A stretch of 61,942 bases of DNA, filler included. It is 6 parts of 6 records of this genome, joined end to end, with 100 filler letters (N's around TTAATTAATTAA, not from the genome) between each part and the next. Parts side by side here need not be neighbours in the genome. Positions count along the whole stretch, not along the records: positions 1 to 8,720 come from SRR31156797_14996; positions 8,821 to 24,068 come from SRR31156797_15024; 4 more parts are not named here. One strand, written 5' to 3'. Numbering within the stretch: the first letter of the stretch is position 1; every line of letters begins with the position of its first letter. Positions 1 through 10,390 of this stretch are shown one piece after another. Below the pieces are notes generated by a model. That model was not told where the DNA came from. It made no database searches and saw only the letters and a program-made list of their open reading frames with translations. Made by a program: the position numbers and the translations under genes.

Positions 1-2
1 TT

Positions 3-998
3 GAAACCATTTATTTTGGAGGAGGAACACCCTCTTTATTTACACCTGATCGAATTCAGAAAATCATCGACGAAATACATGAGCATTATCAGGTTATTGA
101 AAACCCTGAAATTACAATCGAATTAAACCCAGATGACGTTACTCCACAGTACGTTCGCAATCTTAAGCAAACAACGGTTAATAGGGTAAGTTTAGGAATC
201 CAGGCTTTTTACAATTACCACTTACAATTAATGAACCGCAGACATAAAGTTTTTGGTGCTTTAAAGTCTGTAGAGTCATTAAAGGAAGCCGGATACAATA
301 ATATTAGTATTGATTTGATATATGGGCTACCTGAAATGACTTTGCAGGAATGGGAAAAAACGTTGAATAAGGCTGTAAATATGAATATTCAACATATTTC
401 AGCTTACCACTTGACCTATGAGGAAGGTACTGTTTTTGATAAGTTGAAGAAGAGCGGAATGCTTATCCCGCCAAATGATGAGACAAGTTATTTGCAATTT
501 AATACTATGATTGACCATTTTGAACAAAATGGATTTATTCACTATGAACTTTCAAATTTTGGTCGGATGGGACGTTTTTCAAAGCATAATGTGAGCTATT
601 GGCAAAATAAACCATATCTTGGATTGGGGCCTTCAGCACATAGTTTTGATGGAAAAAAAAGATTTTGGAATAGTCCGGATATTAGCAAATATATTCGTAT
701 AGATAAAAAATCAGATGATATTCAAAATGAAGAACAGTTAACAGATACCGATAAGTTTAATGAATATATAATGACCGGTTTAAGAACTTATTGGGGTGTC
801 GATTTAGGTTATGTAAACCGATTATATGGCAGTGAAGTAAAAGATATGCTTAAAACTAAGCTGGACAAATTTATTTCATCAAAACATGTGAGAAATGAAG
901 AGGATAAATATTATCTCACAAGAACAGGTATGTTTATAAGTGATGCCATTGCATCAGAGCTATTTTTTGAATATATTCAACAAAGTTCAGTTCAGTAA
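3..998 (+). CDS. hemW: Radical SAM heme chaperone HemW (HemN-like), 5'-truncated
   Basis: Frame is open from position 3 (ETIYFGGGTPS...). Motifs SIDLIYGLP, HISAYHLT, YELSNF, HNVSYW and YLGLGPSAHS are typical of HemW. Confidence 0.9.
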   Translation, partial: ETIYFGGGTPSLFTPDRIQKIIDEIHEHYQVIENPEITIELNPDDVTPQYVRNLKQTTVNRVSLGIQAFYNYHLQLMNRRHKVFGALKSVESLKEAGYNNISIDLIYGLPEMTLQEWEKTLNKAVNMNIQHISAYHLTYEEGTVFDKLKKSGMLIPPNDETSYLQFNTMIDHFEQNGFIHYELSNFGRMGRFSKHNVSYWQNKPYLGLGPSAHSFDGKKRFWNSPDISKYIRIDKKSDDIQNEEQLTDTDKFNEYIMTGLRTYWGVDLGYVNRLYGSEVKDMLKTKLDKFISSKHVRNEEDKYYLTRTGMFISDAIASELFFEYIQQSSVQ

Positions 999-1095
999 AA
1001 TGATGGGTATTTATTTGCTGGTTAACAAATTATTAACTATTTTTCGAATTCAGTTATTGCACCTGATGTTAGTGTGATTTATTTGAAACAACAGT

Positions 1096-4000
1096 ATGAA
1101 AGAGTTGGAAGCGCTTCGTGATTTATTGCATCAGCAAAACACGTATATTTGGAAATGGAATAGAGATAGGGAGACTATCGATATTGATGAGCTTTTTTTT
1201 CAAAAGATCAATTTTGAACGTAATTCATCCAACCTTACTGCTCAAATATACTCACTGGTTCATAAAAAAGATAAAATCAAATGGTTAAGATTTATTGCTA
1301 ATCTTAGAAATTCGATGCCAATCAATACTTTTGAGATTCGAATTAAAAATAGTTTTAGCCAATATATTTGGTTTCGTGTTACAACTGAAGAAAAAGAAGA
1401 TCATCATCAAAGAATGGGGCTGATTCTTGATATTACAAAAGATAAAAAGCATTTATCAGAATATCAGAATATTAGCGGAAGATTGGAGAAATCTATTCAG
1501 AACCATTTTGGGCTAAATATTGTCATCAATGATCAATTTAAGATAAAGCACATACACAATCCGGGTGATTTTATAAAAGATAACGAAGTAAATAGTTGGT
1601 ATGGCGTATCCATTATGGATATTTTCAAGGAAGAGAGTAAGTTAGTTTTAAGACAAAAGTTAACTGAACTGCTTCAGAAACTTGATGTAGAAATTAAAAT
1701 TGACCTAAAAACAAATCCTAAGTTTACACTAAAAGAGAAGTGCCTGGAGATTGTAATGATTAACAAGCTTTCAGACCCTTTCATTCGTGGAATTGTAATT
1801 GATGCTCGTGATATTACCGCACATAAAACGCTACAATCTAAGCTTGAGCAACAAAATATTAAGTTTCAAAGGCTAAGTGAGGAATATGAGAACCAGAATA
1901 AGAAAATCAAAATTAAAAATGAGATTCTGGAACTTAAGAACAGAGAAATTGAAGAAGCCAATGAGCAACTAATAAACTCTGAAGATCGGTTTTTAAGCTT
2001 ATCCAGAATTGTTGACCAGGCAATAACCATTATTGAAAATGATCAAATTGTATTTGTAAGTAATCGCTTAGCTCAGATTACCGGGTATCCAATGGAGGAG
2101 CTTTATAATATGAAAGCTACTGATTTAGCTGCTCCAGGAGAATCATGTAAGAAAGTGCCTCTTGAAGATTCAAAACAACATGCTTATCAGGTTGACTTCT
2201 GGGGGTTTACAAAAAATGGGGAACGTAAGTACTTTTCAAATGTTTTTTATACTGAGAACAATTCCGGGAAACCGGCCTATAAATTTATTATTACTACAGA
2301 TAAAACCCAGGAAAAGATACAAAATGAGCTCTTACGAAGTAATGAGATGAAACTGAAAGCAACACTTGAATCGTTGCAAAAGTATATCATTGTGATTGAT
2401 AGTAAGGGATTTATTATTAGCTATTACAAGCCATCAAGTATAAAACATTTTGTGTTTGACTCTGCATTAAATCCAGTGGGAAAGCATTATACAGATTTGC
2501 CACTTCCTGAAGAGTTTATTGAGCGCATTTTAGATACAACTATAAAAGTTCAAAATGAAGGAAAGAGCAGAGCGATAGAGGTTCCATTGCAAATCAAAGG
2601 AAAAACAAGATGGTATTATTTGAATATTTCAATTAGATATTCTACAACAGGGCAGAACATCGGTTGGACCCTTGTGATGGACGATATTACGCGTATTAAG
2701 GCTACAGAAATGGAGCTTAAGAACAGGGAAGCTCAATTATTCTCCCTAATTAATCATTTCCCTGATATTGTTTGCCTGAAAGATAATGAAAACAGATGGG
2801 TTTTGGCCAATAAGCCAATGTTGGAACTGTATGGTATCAAAAACAAACCTTATTTACTCAAGAATTGTAAAGAGCTTTCAGTAATGTATCCTGAGAATAA
2901 GGTGATTTATTCTAAATGCCATGAATCAGATATAAAAGCATGGCATAATAAAGAACAGATCAGGTATGATATGACATTTGATATGCCAACAGAAGCTCCG
3001 CGTTCCTATGAAATCATTAAGGTTCCGATATTTGATGATGAAGGTAACCCAAATTGGCTTATTATGCTTGGTCGCGATATCACCAACAGAAAGCGGATGA
3101 ATCAGGAATTGAAGTTGGCTAAAGAAAATGCAGAGAAAGCAGATGAGCTTAAAACTGCATTTTTAACTAACATGTCGCACGAGCTTCGAACTCCATTGAA
3201 TGGTATTGTAGGATTTTCTCAACTTTTGAAGAACAATACTTATGAGCCCAAAGAGCATGACGAATTTGTAGATATCATTTTCGATTCCAGTATTTTACTT
3301 CTAAGTATTATCAATGATATCATTGACCTTTCCCGAATGGAAACAGGACAGATCAGTTTTGATATCAAGCCGGTGAATATAAATGAATTACTTAAAGAAG
3401 CATTTAGTTCATATAAAAAGCAATACAGACAAAAAGAAATCAAATTACATCTGGAATTTCCCCGAGCTCCACGTGAGATTATAATTGATTCCGATAAAGT
3501 TAGATTACATCAAATATTGAATAACCTGGTTGCAAATGCATATAAATTCACGAAAGAGGGAAGAATTGATATTATTGTTGATTTTGATGATGATCATAAA
3601 AACTTAATCATAAGTGTTAAAGATACTGGAATTGGTATTCCACCACAATATCATGATACAGTATTCGAAAGATTTAGACAAGTTGAGGAAGGATATTCAA
3701 GAGAGTATGGAGGTGCTGGATTGGGATTGGCTATTTCAAGAAAACTCTCCGAGATTTTAGGCGGAAGTATTAAACTTGAGTCAAAACCAGATGAAGGCTC
3801 AATATTCAGTATCTATTTACCCTACATACAGCGACCATTGGAAGTTGAGAAGTTTAAACAAATACCTGATATTGAATTCATTAAAGATAAGCGAGTGTTG
3901 GCTGTCGAAGATGACGCCGGTAGCTACCTATTATTAAAAAGCATTTTCCAAAATACAGGTTGTAAACTAATTCATACAAAAAATGGAAAAGAAGCTATTG

Positions 4001-4263
4001 ATCTGATCAAAGAGGATAAACAAATTGATTTGATTTTAATGGATATGCAAATGCCGGTTATGGATGGTTTGGAAGCAACTAAGCTTATCAAAACAATGAA
4101 TGCCAATATCCCAATTATTGCACAAACAGCACATGCTTTTACCAACGATCGTGAAAAGTGTCTGAGTGCAGGTTGCGATGAGTTTATTACAAAGCCTATA
4201 AGGTTTAATGAACTTTTTGGGGCTATTTATAAAATACTGTTTAAAGGCAAACTAGAGGTCTAA
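1096..4263 (+). CDS. Multi-PAS hybrid sensor histidine kinase/response regulator
   Basis: Several PAS/PAC repeats, H-box FLTNMSHELRTPLNGI, HATPase N/G boxes (NLVANAYKFT, DTGIGI, GAGLGL), C-terminal receiver (LMDMQMPVMDG, KP). No obvious TM segment. Confidence 0.93.
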   Translation: MKELEALRDLLHQQNTYIWKWNRDRETIDIDELFFQKINFERNSSNLTAQIYSLVHKKDKIKWLRFIANLRNSMPINTFEIRIKNSFSQYIWFRVTTEEKEDHHQRMGLILDITKDKKHLSEYQNISGRLEKSIQNHFGLNIVINDQFKIKHIHNPGDFIKDNEVNSWYGVSIMDIFKEESKLVLRQKLTELLQKLDVEIKIDLKTNPKFTLKEKCLEIVMINKLSDPFIRGIVIDARDITAHKTLQSKLEQQNIKFQRLSEEYENQNKKIKIKNEILELKNREIEEANEQLINSEDRFLSLSRIVDQAITIIENDQIVFVSNRLAQITGYPMEELYNMKATDLAAPGESCKKVPLEDSKQHAYQVDFWGFTKNGERKYFSNVFYTENNSGKPAYKFIITTDKTQEKIQNELLRSNEMKLKATLESLQKYIIVIDSKGFIISYYKPSSIKHFVFDSALNPVGKHYTDLPLPEEFIERILDTTIKVQNEGKSRAIEVPLQIKGKTRWYYLNISIRYSTTGQNIGWTLVMDDITRIKATEMELKNREAQLFSLINHFPDIVCLKDNENRWVLANKPMLELYGIKNKPYLLKNCKELSVMYPENKVIYSKCHESDIKAWHNKEQIRYDMTFDMPTEAPRSYEIIKVPIFDDEGNPNWLIMLGRDITNRKRMNQELKLAKENAEKADELKTAFLTNMSHELRTPLNGIVGFSQLLKNNTYEPKEHDEFVDIIFDSSILLLSIINDIIDLSRMETGQISFDIKPVNINELLKEAFSSYKKQYRQKEIKLHLEFPRAPREIIIDSDKVRLHQILNNLVANAYKFTKEGRIDIIVDFDDDHKNLIISVKDTGIGIPPQYHDTVFERFRQVEEGYSREYGGAGLGLAISRKLSEILGGSIKLESKPDEGSIFSIYLPYIQRPLEVEKFKQIPDIEFIKDKRVLAVEDDAGSYLLLKSIFQNTGCKLIHTKNGKEAIDLIKEDKQIDLILMDMQMPVMDGLEATKLIKTMNANIPIIAQTAHAFTNDREKCLSAGCDEFITKPIRFNELFGAIYKILFKGKLEV

Positions 4264-4373
4264 TCTTGAATTTTGATTTTTATAAAATACTGATAATAAT
4301 GATGTTTCCGCAAACGTTACCAAAACAGGTTGCATAATATAAAAAATCCTTTAAGTTTCAGCTAGAAATTATA

Positions 4374-4381
4374 TACATTTG
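4374..4381 (+). promoter_or_regulatory. Bacteroidota-type -7 promoter element
   Basis: TACATTTG matches TAnnTTTG, about 40 nt upstream of the ATG at 4422. Confidence 0.55.
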
Positions 4382-4421
4382 CTGCAATTCTGAAAAAATA
4401 TTTTAATAAAATATTCTACAA

Positions 4422-5381
4422 ATGAAAAATATACTCGTAGTAGGAGCCGGCGGTCAAATTGGTTCTGAGCTCGTTCCATACCTTAGAAATTCATACGGTG
4501 AAAGTAATGTTGTTGCATCGGATATTGACGAAAGTAAATGTAAAAATCTTTCTGAAGGTCCGTTTGAAAAGTTAGATGCAACTGATGGAAAAACCTTTGC
4601 CGAGATTGTAAAGAAATATAAAATTGATACAATCTATAATATGGTGGCTCTTTTGTCAGCTACTGGTGAAAAGAATCCCGAACTAGCATGGAAAATCAAT
4701 ATGGGCGCTTTAGAAAACAGTTTAAATATTGCTAAAGAAAATGGCTGTGCTGTATTTACTCCAAGCTCAATTGGTGCGTTTGGTCCAACTACTCCAATGG
4801 ATAATACACCACAAGACACTATTATGCAGCCCAATACCATTTACGGTGTTTGTAAAGTTAGTGGTGAGTTATTGAGTAACTATTATTTTGAAAGATTTGG
4901 TGTTGATACACGTTCGGTGCGTTTCCCTGGTATTATTTCAAATGTAACTTTACCTGGTGGAGGAACAACCGATTATGCTGTTGAGATTTATTATGAAGCC
5001 ATCAAACAACAAAAATATACTAGTAATCTTGGCAAAGGAACGTTCCTTGATATGATGTATATGCCAGATGCGATCAAGGCTTCAGTTGACTTAATGGAAG
5101 CTGACCCTGTTAAATTAAAGCATCGCAATTCATTTAATGTAACTGCAATGAGTTTCGATCCTGAAATTATTGGAGACGAAATTAGAAAGCATATCCCAGA
5201 GTTTAAACTGGATTATGATGTTGACCCTGTAAAGCAAGCTATTGCCAATACCTGGCCAAATTCAATGGATGATAGTTGCGCAAGAGAAGAGTGGGGATGG
5301 AATCCTAAATTTAACCTTGCTGCAATGACTATCGACATGTTAGATAAAATTCAGGAAAAACACGATAAAGGGTTGATTTAG
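4422..5381 (+). CDS. tdh: SDR/GalE-like L-threonine 3-dehydrogenase
   Basis: GAGGQIG NAD motif, ALLSATGE, PSSIGAFG, YGVCK (YxxxK) and the diagnostic GGGTTDYAV. Confidence 0.85.
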   Translation: MKNILVVGAGGQIGSELVPYLRNSYGESNVVASDIDESKCKNLSEGPFEKLDATDGKTFAEIVKKYKIDTIYNMVALLSATGEKNPELAWKINMGALENSLNIAKENGCAVFTPSSIGAFGPTTPMDNTPQDTIMQPNTIYGVCKVSGELLSNYYFERFGVDTRSVRFPGIISNVTLPGGGTTDYAVEIYYEAIKQQKYTSNLGKGTFLDMMYMPDAIKASVDLMEADPVKLKHRNSFNVTAMSFDPEIIGDEIRKHIPEFKLDYDVDPVKQAIANTWPNSMDDSCAREEWGWNPKFNLAAMTIDMLDKIQEKHDKGLI

Positions 5382-5426
5382 TCACAATCCATTGGTAAGT
5401 GGTCTGCTATGAACAAAAAATTATTG

Positions 5427-5434
5427 TAAGTTTG
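5427..5434 (+). promoter_or_regulatory. Bacteroidota-type -7 promoter element
   Basis: TAAGTTTG (TAnnTTTG) just upstream of the DUF151 gene. Confidence 0.5.
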
Positions 5435-5456
5435 TAGGAGTAACGAATCGATTTGT

Positions 5457-6053
5457 ATGGATAAGATTAAATTAAAGGTGCTTGGTATTTCTTATAGTCA
5501 AACTCAATCAGGGGCTTATGCCCTTATTTTAGCCGAGGAAGACGGTGAAAAGCGTATCCCAATTATTATTGGTGGATTTGAAGCACAAGCTATTGCTATT
5601 GAACTTGAGGGTCTAAAACCACCAAGACCACTTACACACGATTTGTTTATCAATTTTGCTGATGCATATAATATCAATATTTTAGATATTACCATAAACA
5701 GACTTGAAGAAGGAATTTTCTACTCAGAAATAACATGTGATAACGGAAATAGCCGTATAAAAATTGATGCGCGCACCAGTGACAGTATTGCTTTAGCATT
5801 GAGGTTTAAGTGTCCTATTTATACCACACCTGAAGTGATGGAAAAAGCCGGTATTGAGCTTGATCCGGATCAAGCAGCTGATGACACTTCAGGTATGGGG
5901 AGTCCTAAAAAGTCTCGTAAAGAGCAAAAAGAAAAATACTCTGGTAAATCAATCGATGAGTTGCAAAAATTGCTCGATGAGGCTATTGCAAAAGAAAACT
6001 ACGAATTAGCATCCGAAATTAGAGACGAGATAAATCAAAGAGAGGAAGAATAA
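5457..6053 (+). CDS. Bifunctional nuclease family protein (DUF151/BFN) with C-terminal UVR domain
   Basis: IPIIIGGFEAQAIA, PRPLTHDL, DARTSDSIALA; C-terminal ENYELASEIRD UvrB/C motif. Confidence 0.9.
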   Translation: MDKIKLKVLGISYSQTQSGAYALILAEEDGEKRIPIIIGGFEAQAIAIELEGLKPPRPLTHDLFINFADAYNINILDITINRLEEGIFYSEITCDNGNSRIKIDARTSDSIALALRFKCPIYTTPEVMEKAGIELDPDQAADDTSGMGSPKKSRKEQKEKYSGKSIDELQKLLDEAIAKENYELASEIRDEINQREEE

Positions 6054-6074
6054 TCATTCTTCCTCTCTTTTTTA
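6037..6074. terminator. Intrinsic terminator between convergent genes
   Basis: Perfect 15-bp stem AAAGAGAGGAAGAAT/ATTCTTCCTCTCTTT (6037-6070) with a 4-nt loop, followed by a T run; overlaps the DUF151 stop codon. Confidence 0.75.
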
Positions 6075-6091
6075 AAAGCTTTTTTTGAATT

Positions 6092-7351
6092 TTAATGTTG
6101 TAATTTCTCTGCAACTTTAGGATCGTGTTTGTGCTTAAATAATACTGCAAAAAGCACCGTAACAACTAGAGAGTAAAGTGCGAAGGCAATCCAAATATCT
6201 GGCCAGTCTCTACTTCCGTCCTCCAGCAAAAAGTATTTGTCAATAAGAATTCCGCTTCCATAAGCTCCAATAATGGTTCCAAATCCATTTGTCATCATCA
6301 TGAATAACCCTTGCCCACTTGCTCTTAATTCTGGCTTTACTTGTGTTTCAACGAATAGGGCTCCAGAGATGTTAAAGAAATCGAAAGCCATACCATATAC
6401 AATCATTGAAAGCACAATCATCCATAAGCCTGCATAAGGATCTCCATAGCCAAATAGCCCAAAACGAAGTACCCATGCTATCATACTCATTAACATTACC
6501 TTTTTGATTCCAAAGCGTTTTAAGAAGAACGGAATGGTTAATATGAATAATGTTTCCGAAATTTGAGAGATTGACATGAAAATGGTTGAGTATTTTACCA
6601 ACAATGAGTCTGCATATTCTGGAATAAACTTAAATTCATCTAAGAAAACATCACCATACATGTTTGTTAATTGCAGCGATGCGCCAAGTAGCATGGCAAA
6701 TATAAAAAACACTGCCATCTTGTAATTTGTAAATAATTTAAACGCATCCAATCCAAGCATTTGTGCAAATGACTGTTTGCCTTCTGTTTTTCCTTTAGGT
6801 TTACATTTAGGTAATGTAAATGAATAAACGCCTAAAATAACAGATGCGATAGCTGAATAATAAAACATCATTTCAGATGCTTTAGCCCCTGTTAAATTTG
6901 TTACCCACATAGCAATAATAAAACCGACTGTTCCCCAGACTCGAATCGGTGGGAAGTCTCTGATTACATCCAGACCTGCGTTTTTAAGTGCGTTGTATCC
7001 TACAGTATTTGTAAGGGCAATGGTCGGCATGTAAAAAATCATGGCAACCAACATGGCCCAGAAAAAGGCACCCGGTGTTTCTATGAAAGGAAATGTAAAA
7101 ACCGCAGCACCTCCTAATAAATGTAAAATACCGTAAAGCTTTTCAGCATTCATCCAACGGTCAGCAATAATACCGGTAATAGTAGGCATGAATAGTGATG
7201 AAATTCCCAGAGTTAAGAATACGGCACCAAATTCTGCACCGCTCCACCCTTTCGTTCCAAACCAATAGTTGCCCAATGTAATTAACCATGCTCCCCAAAC
7301 ATAAAATTGCAAGAAGTTCATTACAATAAGGCGTATCTTTAAATTATTCAT
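6092..7351 (-). CDS. Nucleoside:H+ symporter (NupG/XapB family MFS)
   Basis: MNFLQFYVWGAW, GIIADRW, DFPPIRVWGTVGFI, SQISETLF, AFDFFNISG; about 12 hydrophobic segments. Confidence 0.9.
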   Translation of the reverse strand: MNNLKIRLIVMNFLQFYVWGAWLITLGNYWFGTKGWSGAEFGAVFLTLGISSLFMPTITGIIADRWMNAEKLYGILHLLGGAAVFTFPFIETPGAFFWAMLVAMIFYMPTIALTNTVGYNALKNAGLDVIRDFPPIRVWGTVGFIIAMWVTNLTGAKASEMMFYYSAIASVILGVYSFTLPKCKPKGKTEGKQSFAQMLGLDAFKLFTNYKMAVFFIFAMLLGASLQLTNMYGDVFLDEFKFIPEYADSLLVKYSTIFMSISQISETLFILTIPFFLKRFGIKKVMLMSMIAWVLRFGLFGYGDPYAGLWMIVLSMIVYGMAFDFFNISGALFVETQVKPELRASGQGLFMMMTNGFGTIIGAYGSGILIDKYFLLEDGSRDWPDIWIAFALYSLVVTVLFAVLFKHKHDPKVAEKLQH

Positions 7352-7615
7352 ATGAATTAATTTTATTATATCTGTAAATTAATTACTTGATAAAAAATAA
7401 GCTATCAAATATGTGAAAAATATGCGTAAGTAGAGGTGTGTGCAGGGTAAAAAAATTTCCTGTATTTTGATGTAAATCTAGTTAATTTTCATGTATACTG
7501 ATCTAAAAGTGCCCGTAATGTCAGTAGATTTATTTGAAATTGATATGATTTTTCTGTAAGTTTCTTATCGCGAAATATTTGAATTGATTTTTCGTATTAA
7601 CTAGAAATAAAACTT

Positions 7616-8374
7616 ATGTTCATTATTCTGAAGCCTTTATTCGTTTCTCTGCTTCTTATTTTTTTTGGAATACAACCAGATAATGGTTTTAAAAATGAAC
7701 AAAAAAAGTATCCAAGAGTAAGAGTTGCCTATTCGGAAAAAGAACAATATGTAAAAACTTTGCTTACAGAAAAGCAACTTGATATTGAAAAACTGCAATT
7801 ATACCTTCGAGCTTTTAAGTTTGAGCAAAAGCTTGAAGTATGGGGTAAAAACATTATAGATGATACCTTTAAATTAATTAAGGTTTATGATTTTTGCACT
7901 ACTTCAGGTACTCTTGGGCCCAAAAGAAAGCAAGGCGACTATCAAATTCCGGAAGGGTTTTATAATATCAACAGGTTTAATCCATATAGTGTGTTTTATC
8001 TTTCATTGGGTGTTAACTATCCCAATAAATCTGATCGTATTTTAGGCAAAAAAGGCTCACTTGGCGGAGAGATTTTTATTCATGGTGATTGTGTGACTAT
8101 CGGTTGTATTCCCATTACAACTCCATTGATTAAAGAATTATATGTAATGTGCGTAGAAGCACGTAATAATGGACAAAAAACAATTCCGGTAACGATGTTC
8201 CCCGCCAAGTTGAACGAGAAAAATTATTTATTTCTTGTAAATCGTTTTAAAGGAGATAGGGATAAATTGAACCTGTGGAAAGCACTTAAAGACGGCTATG
8301 ACTATTTTGAGAAGAATAAAAAATTACCCAAAGTTACTTTTCTAGATGACGGATTGCATAAAGTTGCAAATTAA
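7616..8374 (+). CDS. L,D-transpeptidase family protein (YafK/DpaA-like)
   Basis: N-terminal signal; GPKRKQGDYQIPEGFY, SLGVNYPN and catalytic IFIHGDCVTIGCI (H...C). Confidence 0.85.
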   Translation: MFIILKPLFVSLLLIFFGIQPDNGFKNEQKKYPRVRVAYSEKEQYVKTLLTEKQLDIEKLQLYLRAFKFEQKLEVWGKNIIDDTFKLIKVYDFCTTSGTLGPKRKQGDYQIPEGFYNINRFNPYSVFYLSLGVNYPNKSDRILGKKGSLGGEIFIHGDCVTIGCIPITTPLIKELYVMCVEARNNGQKTIPVTMFPAKLNEKNYLFLVNRFKGDRDKLNLWKALKDGYDYFEKNKKLPKVTFLDDGLHKVAN

Positions 8375-8457
8375 TTGGCTTCGTTAGTTTTCAGGCACCA
8401 TATTTGCTAAATACCTGAAATAAAAGTAGAAATACTTAAAATAGTCGGTAAAAGTAT

Positions 8458-8465
8458 TACCTTTG
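8458..8465 (+). promoter_or_regulatory. Bacteroidota-type -7 promoter element
   Basis: TACCTTTG (TAnnTTTG), about 200 nt upstream of a truncated ORF at 8662. Confidence 0.5.
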
Positions 8466-8661
8466 CCGCCTGATTTATGGAAATAAATCGTTTTTACGCA
8501 GTTATTTGAGCACTATGTCTCATAAAAATGAATTTGTTTATTCGCTTATTTGTTGATTGGATTCTCTTATAGGCTTTATGACAAAAAATCGAATCAACAA
8601 ATCCACACTTAATTTGGCAGTAGAATAAACGTAAATTGATTTTTCCAGAGTAACATAATTA

Positions 8662-8720
8662 ATGGTTGTAAGAACCGAAGTTAAAACTCCGTCTCTGATA
8701 AAGAAAGCTTCATTTTTGAG
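8662..8720 (+). CDS. Start of an unidentified ORF (MVVRTEVKTPSLIKKASFL...), truncated by contig end
   Basis: ATG after an A-rich leader; frame open to the contig end; too short to identify. Confidence 0.3.
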
Positions 8721-8820
8721 NNNNNNNNNNNNNNNNNNNNNNNNNNNNNNNNNNNNNNNNNNNNTTAATTAATTAANNNNNNNNNNNNNNNNNNNNNNNN
8801 NNNNNNNNNNNNNNNNNNNN
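8721..8820. other. Artificial contig spacer (N44-TTAATTAATTAA-N44)
   Basis: N runs flank a stop-in-all-six-frames linker; composition and inferred taxonomy change across it. Confidence 0.99.
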
Positions 8821-8935
8821 CATTCCTTATCTGTGTAGGGCAGTTGCAGAACAATTTCTGTTTTGAATCAAGCTGCTGATGAATTTCAAGCCCGCATTTC
8901 AGGCCAAGTTCAGCATAGTTGAATTTATCGCTCAT
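8821..8935 (-). CDS. gatE: Glu-tRNA(Gln) amidotransferase subunit GatE, 5' fragment
   Basis: [34 protein letters not shown] matches the archaeal GatE N-terminus. Confidence 0.85.
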
Positions 8936-9070
8936 GGAAAATCTCACCGATATAATGAATAATTGGAATTAATCTCAATTGATTTTAATCGATCTTAACT
9001 TCTAAATTTAGCTGGCTTAAGTATAATTATATGGATACTAACACAACAAAACGCACACGTATGTATAAAG

Positions 9071-10390
9071 TTATTGTTCGCTTTCAGTTTTCATCCGTTT
9101 TCGAATCTCCTCCTTAAGCTCGTTGGAGGGATTGTCTTCAAGCATCTTTCTCAGTTTAACATTGTCCAGCAAGGGTTTTGCCTTTTCAATACGTTTCTTT
9201 GCCATCTCAAGCAAGGAACCGTCGATTTCCGGAATCTCAACTTCAACATGTTCCTTATGTTCTTCTTTTCCCACTTCAAGTGCTTTTGACACATCAGGAT
9301 GTTCTCTTTTACCAGTTACCATGGAATCCACTGCATCTCTCCACTGCTTTGCCCAGGGAGAATTAGGGATCTCAGTATGATTGACCTTCGTGCGTTTAAC
9401 CGTCATTACATCCTTTGGACAGGCATTGACACAAGCTCCACAGTAGGTACAGTAATCACTCAGTGCTGCAATCTTTGTTCCATCCTCCGGTACATACCAG
9501 AGGTGTGAGGGACAGACATTAAAACAACCGTGGCAGCCCTGCGGATCACATTTATCCACATTGACATCTACGAGACTTAGTTCACCCTCAAATTGCTTTT
9601 TGAGGTCTATGGCTTCATAGGGACATACCACCTGGCACCAGGTACAGCGAGTACATTTATCGTCGTCTACTGTAACGACACCTTCTATTTCTGGAGCCTT
9701 TCCTCGCTTCTCACCTTTGACTTTGATGGCATCCTCGGGACAGAGATCCTGACACAGGACACAATAATCGCACTTGTCTTCATCCACTAGCAGAAGATCA
9801 AACGGTTGTGGGTCAGTGGGAGTCTTCTCTTTTTCAACAAGAAGGAATGCTTCGCAGAACTCAGCACAGAGGCCACAGAAGTTACATTTATCCGTATCGA
9901 TCTCGATCTCACCCTCTGCATCCTCTTTGAAAGGTGCAATCTCCTCTTTCTTCTGGAAAGTGAACTCGACATCTATGGCATCCTCGGGGCATGCAGCCTC
10001 ACATAGGGCGCATGGAAGACATTTCTCGTTCATTTTCACATAGGAATCATATGTCGGAAAGTCCTCCTTTTCGGGAAGGTCCCCTTCCTCACTCATTTTG
10101 AAAGCATGAACCGGACAGAAATTAGCACACATTGAACAGAATGTGCATTTTTCAAGATCCATCATAACCGGAGGTGCATCAAGGCCAGTGGATATTTCCT
10201 GCATGGGTCCGAGTTCAAGGGCTCTGGTTGGACAGATTCCAACACATATACCACATCCTACACACCGCTTATAATCGTAATCAAGGACTTTCACTGACTT
10301 GTTGCTTATCTGGCGGTAGATGAAGTGGGAACCATCCATGTCCATTTCTTTGTCAACACAGAGGGAATCTTTCCTGCACTCTTCAGTCAC
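9071..10390 (-). CDS. Polyferredoxin (multiple 2x[4Fe-4S] modules)
   Basis: About eight CxxCxxCxxxC(P)-type motifs; translationally coupled to hdrA (4-nt overlap). Confidence 0.9.
   Translation of the reverse strand: MTEECRKDSLCVDKEMDMDGSHFIYRQISNKSVKVLDYDYKRCVGCGICVGICPTRALELGPMQEISTGLDAPPVMMDLEKCTFCSMCANFCPVHAFKMSEEGDLPEKEDFPTYDSYVKMNEKCLPCALCEAACPEDAIDVEFTFQKKEEIAPFKEDAEGEIEIDTDKCNFCGLCAEFCEAFLLVEKEKTPTDPQPFDLLLVDEDKCDYCVLCQDLCPEDAIKVKGEKRGKAPEIEGVVTVDDDKCTRCTWCQVVCPYEAIDLKKQFEGELSLVDVNVDKCDPQGCHGCFNVCPSHLWYVPEDGTKIAALSDYCTYCGACVNACPKDVMTVKRTKVNHTEIPNSPWAKQWRDAVDSMVTGKREHPDVSKALEVGKEEHKEHVEVEIPEIDGSLLEMAKKRIEKAKPLLDNVKLRKMLEDNPSNELKEEIRKRMKTESEQ

Noticed and set aside
8393-8408. AGGCAC-N5-TTGCT sigma54-like match in the Bacteroidota contig
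   Set aside because: Imperfect -24, lies inside a TTTCAGG/CCTGAAA hairpin just after a stop codon (more likely a terminator), and has no supporting enhancer or bEBP.
8765-8776. TTAATTAATTAA repeats and ORFs ending in ...XXXLIN
   Set aside because: Artificial linker inside N spacers; not biological.
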